The translations under genes and the position numbers were made by a program. The notes under the pieces were generated by a model. It searched no databases, was not told where the DNA came from, and was given only the letters and a program-made list of their open reading frames with translations. Of a stretch of 64,000 nt of DNA, positions 38,222 to 64,000 are shown piece by piece. Every line of letters begins with the position of its first letter. Position 1 is the first letter of the stretch. The DNA is from Balanoglossus misakiensis (taxonomy: Eukaryota > Animalia > Hemichordata): assembly GCA_040954595.2 (NCBI GenBank), contig CM082597.2, positions 2,540,449 through 2,604,448 on the forward strand. Reading direction: 5' to 3'.

Positions 38222-40357
38222 GCGAGAGATACAGCAAAACACATTACAGGTACATGTACTTATGGGAGGAGAAATCGTTAGGTTTCGTAAACTACTTTTA
38301 TCATTTTATGAGTTATGTCAAGTACATGATTGAACGTTAGCGATAATAGGACAACGTAAGTACTCTCGATATTGAATGGTTCGGCCACTTGCTGAATTTC
38401 TGGCCTTTGTGTGTAGTCTTTATTCCATCATTACTTTTATACATAAAAAACGGCTTGCATGCTCTAACAAAGAGCAGTAGCAGCTGGTTTGAAGACCCCC
38501 TTTTGAACTTGTTGAAAACAATGCACCAATCTAGCGCGTTGGGTCACGTGAAGCCACCGATGACGTCAACGCGTCGTCAGTATGATGTTCCAACCAAATG
38601 GGGCCATTGTCTGATGGAAGTGTCCTTTCTTTCGTATTCAGCTGCGATTTCACTCAAACCAATCCATGCAGAAATTGCTCTGATACGTGCATGGCCAGTT
38701 TGATTTGACAATGGCCCCTGTACCGACGACCTTGACATTCAAATCACCCCAGACAGCGCCGACTCTCTGTGACAGGGATGTTCATCAATCAAATCCACGT
38801 TCAAGTTGGTCGCGCTGTCACCCTGGTCAGATATTTCCCTTGACCCCCTATTCAGTGATCGAAAGGCACTCTTGCTCACATAAAATATTGTGTAAAGTTT
38901 CTCTGCTGACGTTGCTGGTCCTTAGGCCGAAGTCAGTGGGCATTTTGTCTAGACAGTGTCTCAGGAAACTAGCGAAACAAGAGCGGACTAAGAAAAGGAT
39001 GCCCACGGCCCAAAAGTGTCGTCAATAAACCGTTATTCATGGAAAAGCCGTCACCCTATCCTTTCTCACAGTAACAACTGAATCCTACAGGTCGCGGTTC
39101 AACGTTCTTTTATGGGGTAGTTTTTGCTACGGTGTGGAAACGCTTGCCGTGTTGTTCTGAACAGGGCTAACGTGAATGGCCAGTTTTGTATGGCACAAAC
39201 AAAATTTGTTCGTACACTCACATAAAACGTGAGTATCAAAATGCGTGCGTATTTTATATATAGTAAAGAAATATGGGTATATTTTTGTCATTTTTTATCA
39301 TAGAATCCTAGCTGAAAAGCCTGCTCAAGGCCAAAAATGAAGGCCAGACCTCGGTACCCAATGCATGTACCTCCCAGCGGGAGTGTCCCAGGGACTAGGA
39401 TATTATAACCATCGATCGGACATCGGATTAGCCTGCGGAAACACACAATCGGGTGACGTACACAAGCGTGTGGTCTACGTCACATTGTCGTCAACTTCAA
39501 CGTGGAGGCCGAGTGAAATTCTGTATCACAAAATGTTCACCTGGACGTGATTCATACGCCCCGGTGGCGTTATTAGACACGCTTGTCTGACCTGGAAACT
39601 CTGCTGAGTTTGGAATAGCAGGGGCGACCGTAAGCTCCGGCCACAAGTTTGTCAAATTGTCCCTGTGGTTGTGAAACATCATTTTTGGTCACTGCAACTG
39701 TAGTGCGTAGGGAAATGCTAACAACAAAAACATCCGATATGTAAGAGAGTTTTAATATCCAGGCACGGTTTCCAATTACTAATCGCGATATCCTTTGATA
39801 AATACTAGTATTTCGTCAGCGAAACGAGCGGATCATCGCCTAAACTTCCTCGTGATACTAACGTCATTGGTCTATTCGCGGAGGTGTCAGTCATAGGTTA
39901 CACTTGCATTAAAGGTTTGTCCATAGAATGCATCGGTGAACGATTACTCATTTACGCGTCGCTTATTTCTCTTTTCATCGCACGCCTACGATTTAGACGA
40001 AACAAGTTTTCGTGTTTCGAAGTGCACTGGGGTGCCGCAAAACCTGGCGGCATTTCCGCCAAATTGACGTCCCTCATCCATGGTCCACTGTGTGGACTGA
40101 CCGGCCGTGGCTGCTGGGCTAATTAATACACACGTCTACACACACGTCACATAGCTCTATCTTCTGATTGCACGCTTCCTCTCCACACCTTTTCCACTCT
40201 CCACTGGTCCCCGACCATGAACCCATAACCAGGTCGCCGACAACAGACGTGCATGGACGTGGACCCAGGCCGGTAGGCGGCGCAAGGCGACAAATAAAAT
40301 TTCACTTTTACACGGAGAAGGCCCATCTCACAGTTTTGGAAACACGTCGATATCGGA

Positions 40358-40449
40358 CCCCTCTCTCTCTCTGCGAGCAATGAAAGAAAAGTCTCTCTCT
40401 CTCTCTTTCTCTCTCCCTCCCCCTCTCCCTCCCCCTCTCTCTCCTCCCC
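40358..40449 (+). repeat. CT-rich polypyrimidine tract (GAGA-type)
   Basis: ctctctctct...ctctccctcccctctccct, about 1.05 kb upstream of the SIK ATG. Confidence 0.85.
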
Positions 40450-40874
40450 AGGCAACTCAATACAGACATCAACATACAAAGGTTGACTCGACCCCGAGAA
40501 TCCCTGCTGTTGGAGTGGTTAGCGAGCCCAAGGAGCCCGTAGTTGTCTGAGCTGTAACCAAGGTGATCACGGTCGGGACCCTCCTTTCCTTATCTGTTAC
40601 CATAGTAACGCTCTTGTCCCCTCCCACTGTCGATAGCAACGGTCCTGATTTTCAAGTTTCGCGTCACCGCAGACGCTGGAGATATGCTCGGAACAGAGCC
40701 TTTGACGAAGTGAACAGTAGAGATCGAGTATGAAGGTATTTTTATGTTCCTAAGAGATCTTGCATGTCTTTTCAGTGATAATGATTGACATTTCGGACGC
40801 ACTCATAGTGTAGCGCAGTGTGGGCCACTTGCGTCATATCATTGTTGTTGTAACTACGCGATGACGGACAAAGG

Positions 40875-41180
40875 GGAAGTCGGTCCCTTATTTGGGGGTT
40901 ACTCGGAATAAGAAGGTCGTGAACAACCTCACCTCATAGTGTCTTGACGTATGATTTTCAATTGTGTTCAGGCTCAAACACCGCACAAGGCGTCAAGGTT
41001 CGTCATTCACCGTGCCAGTCGCCGTCATTGTCTCACATAATGCGCTCGCAGACTGCGAGACACCCCTGGCTTCTCAATAGAATGCTCCGACTATCAACCG
41101 GGCAGAATTTCAACGCACAGTTCAGCAGGCCACGCCCACTCCATAGATTAACACAGGGTTATGACGTCAAAGCTTGACGT
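40875..41180 (+). promoter_or_regulatory. SIK proximal promoter candidate: ETS + CArG, CRE and half-CRE
   Basis: GGAAGT at 40875, CCTTATTTGG at 40886-40895, CCACGCCC near 41130, TGACGTCA at 41162 and TGACG at 41175. Confidence 0.5.
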
Positions 41181-41411
41181 GTGCCTGAAGCCCTTCGCAG
41201 TCAGCCACATGCAAAGAAGATATGCCAACGACACAACGTTGGACCCTGATCAAAACCCCAGTCTACCGTCAGGCACCAGTGTAGCCTAGCTTTGAGAAAA
41301 AAACGGAGACTTTGCTTGATTATCGACGCGACGGAAAAACACTTAAAGCATGGATCTGTACAGGAGCGAGCAATGTCGGCAAAGGAAGAAATTATGATCG
41401 AAGCTATATAG

Positions 41412-58613
<17,202 letters not shown>

Positions 58614-60755
58614 GCAGCACCATCTAACCTGATGAGTCTATTAGGGACTTTAATTTTAACCGAAATGTGGGCTCTTGTAGCTTAGCCTCTAGAGCCATCA
58701 GACAGTGGTGTTGGACTGGTACAGTACCGTAGTAGCACCAGAGAGATAAGTGCAGAATGATAAAATCATGAGACAGTCGCACTGACCTTCTGGACAGAAG
58801 GTCAGGTCTAGACATCCAGCAGCTGATTCAGCTGACACAGAGATAGATTAGAAATGTACTCCTTAGTTGAGTAGGTGAAATATGATTTGATCAGATGATC
58901 AAGTAGAACTTGTGGTCAAGACTGGCAATTAACAACAGCAACATGAGATACCTGTTCATCGTGTAGCTAATCTTGACACATCAGAAATGATGGACAGTGA
59001 TTGCTGAGGTTGATTAACATGTCTCTAGAATTCTTTGTCAGTCTAGTAGGACATGTGATCAGTTACTACTAATCTGCTCCTTCTATGAACCAATCCTTTC
59101 ACTTTTCATCAAAGAGTTTACTTTTCATTTTTTCTGATTCTGTTCTCATAGCGAGACAATGAGGATGTTACTTATGTAAAAGACCATAATTTAAATCAGA
59201 GAAAGTGTACTTTACATCAAATTCAGTAACTTGGTCGAAAAATTAATTTCCTCCTTCCCCTACCTTTGTATTTCCAAACTTGGGTAGCCACTGTGTTTTT
59301 CTCTCACTCTCGATCATTTACAGATTTTTTTTGATGTACCAATGTGTACAAATGTCACAGTGGGAAGTTAACATGTAAACACAGTCGGTGTGATAATGTT
59401 GCAAGACAAAGACTTAATTTCTTGCCAACAAATCTTAGTGCAATTTGTCAATCCAGTATATCCAGAATGTACCCCAACTCTTACCAAGGAGGTGAAATTT
59501 ACTTACTTTGATTGACATCAAACCCCCTCTTAAAGATAAATCTTAATATTTGATCAAGTTAGCCAAATACTTTGATAATATTTATTTGTAGATTATTGAC
59601 CAGATTTTAAAAACTGGAAAGTTTTATGGTTTTCCAGTAATGACTCATTTAAAGTCCTGCTTAGCAACTCAATCACTCCAAACCTAACACAGTAGGCCAC
59701 AACACAGCCTAGACTGGCCACCGGCCCATGTTTTATATACGTGATCAAGTGTGTCTCGCGATGTATCATAGGTCCACAGCCTCGACTATTCTGTGAATAC
59801 AAGCTTTCTTAAATACAGACCTCAAACTGAATATGACACCTGGGTCAGTCTAGGTTGACACAGCCCCTTCCGCCATTGATGGAAAGCTGACCATTTTAAT
59901 CAGGATATGAAACCATTTTATTTCAAATTGCATCTCAAAATCAGCTACATATGTTGAAAATTGTCAAATAGTGTAAATACTTTACAGAACAGCACAGAAG
60001 AATACATTTTGAGTGCATGACATTACATTGTTGTGTTATGAAACCAGGACATCTTAAAACTTGCGATGACATTTTCGACTCAGGATATTAGTCAGCAATG
60101 GTTACAAATCTTTGGTGTTTGTAAAAAATGGACAGTTAAAAACTTTTTCAAAAGACTATGTGACTATAAATGCTTGTTGTTCGGAGTGTTAGCTAGTCCT
60201 GGTTTCGGATGAAAAGGGTCTTTTTTCAAGTTTCATATTTATTATATTTCAAAATATATTTATTTGTGGTATATTTGTACCAGTGTACTATATAAACTCG
60301 TGATTGTTATTTACATTCTTGTTGCCATAGCAACTCTAGCTGTTTCATTTGAAAGCCCCATTGTCTGTGTTGTAGCTTACAAGCCATGAGTTTTATGATC
60401 ATTTGAAAGAAAATGTATTTTGAAGAATTTCTCGGTTTGTTTTACATCATAGACTTGACCAACTTCACGTTTTCTTTTCATTTAAAGTATTTTGACATTA
60501 GAAGAGCTATTCGTCTCTTTGCGAATGTAATATTTTTTTTTCAATCGTGTAAGTTACCGGACAATTGTACAAAAGTCATGGAGGTTTCAATGTAGCAACG
60601 ATCACATCGAGCTGTTTGAAAACAACATACTCCTTTAAGCGTTTTGGAAACAACATCAGATATCTTAAAAGTAAATGCCATTATTTAAACCATGACCTTC
60701 GTACAACAATTTCACTCCTGGGTCTTCTGTGTCCATGATAGGTCAGGATGTCATA

Positions 60756-60847
60756 TTAACCCTTCCACCCCTAGATCCCCTTTTAGAGGTCCCTTTTACC
60801 ATAGAAAACAATGGGTTTGGACCAAACCATGGTGGTGAAAGGGCTAA
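60756..60847. mobile_element. ~92-bp TTAA-flanked mini-element, copy 2, downstream of SIK stop
   Basis: TTAAcccttccacc...gaggtcccttttaccatagaaaa..tttggaccaaaccatggtggtgaaagggcTAA. Confidence 0.6.
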
Positions 60848-61397
60848 GAGCCAGCTTGTTAGTGACCCCGAGAAGAATTTACAATTATTTATTAAAAATA
60901 GTGTCAAAACAGTGAGATTGTTGCAAAATTGAAAGTCGGTCATGATATATCTTGGATGCGAAGACCAGAACATAAGTAGGTGAAAACAAACTTTAGCAGA
61001 CAAACAACAAAGACAAGGCTGGGCCTGATGCTGAAATGACGTTTGTATACAAATCACAACAATTTGTACCACTGCTGTTCTTGTAGGGGGTTGGTTCTGC
61101 GCACTGGTTCTGCGCGTCACCCCTTTTCATATTTGCATATAGCTGTCGCTTGCCTTGTACTGCATGCATTTTGATATGGAAACCCGCTGCGTTTAGGATA
61201 AATCCAACATGGCTGCGTGGTTATTTGTGATGTAATGTTTCTATGACATTTGACGCCCTGGATACGGGATTCTGTTTTGCAATGGAGGGACACACCTAGC
61301 AATATTGTACATTTTGTCAGAGAGGGACCCCAACCCCAATTGTATGAACACCAGGCTTTGCAAAATCCGTGAGAATTGTTCTCTGAAATGCACAAGA

Positions 61398-61403
61398 AAT
61401 AAA
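61398..61403 (+). other. Candidate SIK polyadenylation signal AATAAA
   Basis: AATAAA at the end of a CpG-poor, AU-rich 2.8-kb stretch after the stop codon, followed by GT-rich gtgtggtgt. Confidence 0.35.
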
Positions 61404-63125
61404 ACATTTTGTATCACGAAATAACAACGTGTGGTGTAAGCTTATTGAAAACAATTTAAAAATGTATAATTGGTAAAGTCTTGAAATGTTAGGGCGAAAA
61501 TGTCACGGCCTAGAGTGACTGAATCGGCAGATTGGAGGGCTGGCGTGATGACATGTTTGTAGAGAATCTTGTGAATGTTTGTTGTGCAGCGATAATAGGT
61601 AAAGAGGTGGCCAGCGGCTCATTGGAATATAATTCATCTTTTGCTCTGCGGGAATGATGACTACATTTCATAAACATACCACAACACATGAAAAGCAAAT
61701 TCTGTTTTTCAAAAGGCGAACGCGCCCCTTACAGAACTCTTCATGCGACCCTCGGCTTACAACTAAAATCAACTCACGCCATACTCGTCATTAATCGACT
61801 GGCCGTGACGTGATATCGCCGTAGACCTACGTCATAGCATTTGCTCTGAAAGCGGTAATAACGCTTTGAACGCACGGCGCCGACGCAATAGCAGAACCTT
61901 CAACAGCAGTGAACGACGTATTGCCAATTTCGCTCCCGTTTCATCAATACAAAATAACGTCAAATTGTTGATTATTAAACTGGCAGGTTTGTCAATTGAT
62001 GTTATTTTACAAAACAAGGAGCACGCTTATTTTTATAGTCAGAATATTGACATTTAGCCGCCTTCCAAAGCTATGTGATTTATTATTTCTCGATGTGTAT
62101 TGTATTGATGAGTATATGGTTTATTTGTAGTATATATATATTGTCATTGTCAAGCTAGAAAAATGTATTTCCATAAGTGAGACAGACCCACGCAAATTCT
62201 CAAATCCACTAAATTCACTCAAGAGCTGGAAGTTAAATTGAATTGTACTTCGATTGTAATGTATAGCCATCTCGTTCGTAAAAGGTAGTCAGGGTTTTCT
62301 CTGCCCGGAAATTAATGAAATCAGATGATACCAATCGATATGGTAACAGCCAGGGCTGTGTGTGGAGCCGGTGTGATGCACTTTGGACGTCACTAGGCTA
62401 GCCCTCATCTTATAGTCTCGGCGACAGCTTCGCCTGCGGCTTGTGTGAGACGTTTAATCCGCAATCCTTGGTGTGTCAGATTTTATTAATCTACGTAAGC
62501 TTACACACACACCATCAGCTTAGGAGATTGACAGCATTTTAATTAGGAGTAATCCCCCACCGTAATGATACATTTGGGATGTTTCACATATGGTAGGCCA
62601 GCATTGGCGGTTAGACACATGCGCTGTATACAGATGGTCGGCTGTGCGACAAAGGAAATCACAAAGCACCAGGTTGAGCATAAATTTACGTCATATAACT
62701 TGTTCAAATCCGCACCATGCTTCCGTTCAGTGGGGACAGCTGCGAATCGGTAACGAGACTCTTTGGCTGTTCCCAGCATTGCCACCACCCCTCCCTCAAT
62801 TAGTGATAGTCGAAACTTCCTCGGTTACGTTGTTTGTTTTTAATATATGGTAAGGATATTATTCTTTCCTCTGAATGACAGCCAGTCGGGTATGCTTTTT
62901 ATTGCATAATTTGATAATTCAATACCTTGTGTGTATTGCAGTGGCTGTCGAGCTACAAACGACTGCCCAGGGGTTTGACTAGCTTTGCGTGAAAATCATC
63001 TGACCCATCCAAGACTTTTGTCGGCCATATTGGATGTCTTTCTGGCCGCCATATTGAAACTGACGACGAAACAAAAGACAGCATTGGAATCATACGGCGA
63101 TATCCGAAATTATTTCAGCGAGGCG

Positions 63126-63218
63126 AGAATAGAATAGAATAGAATAGAATAGAATAGAATAGAATAGAATAGAATAGAATAGAATAGAATAGAATAGAAT
63201 AGAATAGAATAGAATAGA
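63126..63218 (+). repeat. (AATAG)n microsatellite
   Basis: About 18 perfect pentamer units. Explains the SILFY-repeat ORF 63090-63317. Confidence 0.97.
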
Positions 63219-64000
63219 TGATAAAAAGGAGACATGCGTGACATTTAAACACGAATCTTCGAATAACACTACATCATACGATGTCGTGTGTTCACATCCG
63301 GGTCTCTCCAGAAACAAGTTTGTATTCCAACGGCGCCACTCAGCGGAAAAGATCTTATACGCAAAGTCCCTTTCATTTCACACCGGCTAGGGTCAGCTTT
63401 ACCCGTCAAATTAAACGTAACATGATGAGTCGACAGGCGCGTTTGCTGCAAATTCATCAGAGACTTAGCTGGCGGGGTGCACGTTTGGATGGTGGGGGGG
63501 GGGGGGGGAGGGATTTGATAAAACGTCATGCTTCATCATTTGAAAACACGGTCGATAATCTGCGACCTTTGCGAGTTTTCAAGATCGATAATAAGTCTAC
63601 AACTATACATCTGCTTGTCACGATTTTCGAGGTTTGAATGGTTGGTCGGCGCCGCTCAAGCAACGACAGACACTCGAGACAGAGATGTTTTGTATCCTCT
63701 GTTGCCAATGGTTCTCTTCAGAAATCACGTTGGCGAAAGTCATATTTTTAGGAAGTGATTAATCCATTTATCTCTTCATATTCCTCTGGGGTGGTCAATC
63801 GATTGCGTAATAATGTTATCGTTCATCGAATCAGTTAATTGATTAGGTAGAGCTTCACTCGCTAGCTACTCAATCATATTATATATATTATTTCCATCGT
63901 ATTTATATTACGTGGATCGTATTATATATTCTCGATCGTTATATTGTGTACATATATTGTGAATGTATTGTGTATAGTTTCGGTCGCTGGTCCAACAAAA

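Larger units (their letters stand above)
18476..41169. promoter_or_regulatory. Dense cluster of full CRE palindromes (TGACGTCA) upstream of SIK
   Basis: Perfect 8-mers read by eye at 18476, 18998, 19019, 19693, 20700, 22577, 24634, 24644, 26012, 26695, 27647, 28611, 28831, 28957, 29078, 29199, 29507, 30585, 30976, 31643, 31978, 34187, 34359, 34722, 36744, 37515, 38561 and 41162. Function is inferred. Confidence 0.75.

Noticed and set aside
63090-63317. ORF with SILFY repeats
   Set aside because: Translation of an (AATAG)n microsatellite.

Overview
Intron-rich, AT-rich animal DNA. The gene content and repeats suggest a marine invertebrate deuterostome, but that is an inference. The ORF track is mostly uninformative, so both genes were spliced by hand. 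(1) Minus strand, 16320 to beyond base 1: a secreted protein with at least 42 exons and about 2,018 codons visible. It has a signal peptide, an ADAMTS-type prodomain with furin sites, an M12B/reprolysin domain whose zinc motif is destroyed (HExxHxxGxxHD reads RQFGHILGMDND) and an ADAMTS disintegrin-like domain. Instead of TSP1 repeats it then carries at least 10 C-type lectin and 8 EGF domains built by tandem exon-block duplication. (2) Plus strand, 41499-58613: an 8-exon, 845-aa salt-inducible kinase (SIK1/2 type). The genes are divergent across about 25 kb of CpG-rich non-coding DNA. That spacer holds at least 28 perfect CRE palindromes (TGACGTCA), against 3 seen in the other ~41 kb. It includes a 121-bp tandem repeat carrying octamer, GC-box and CRE in each unit, and is a candidate CREB/CRTC super-enhancer for the SIK feedback loop. 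MITE-like elements and microsatellites are also present.
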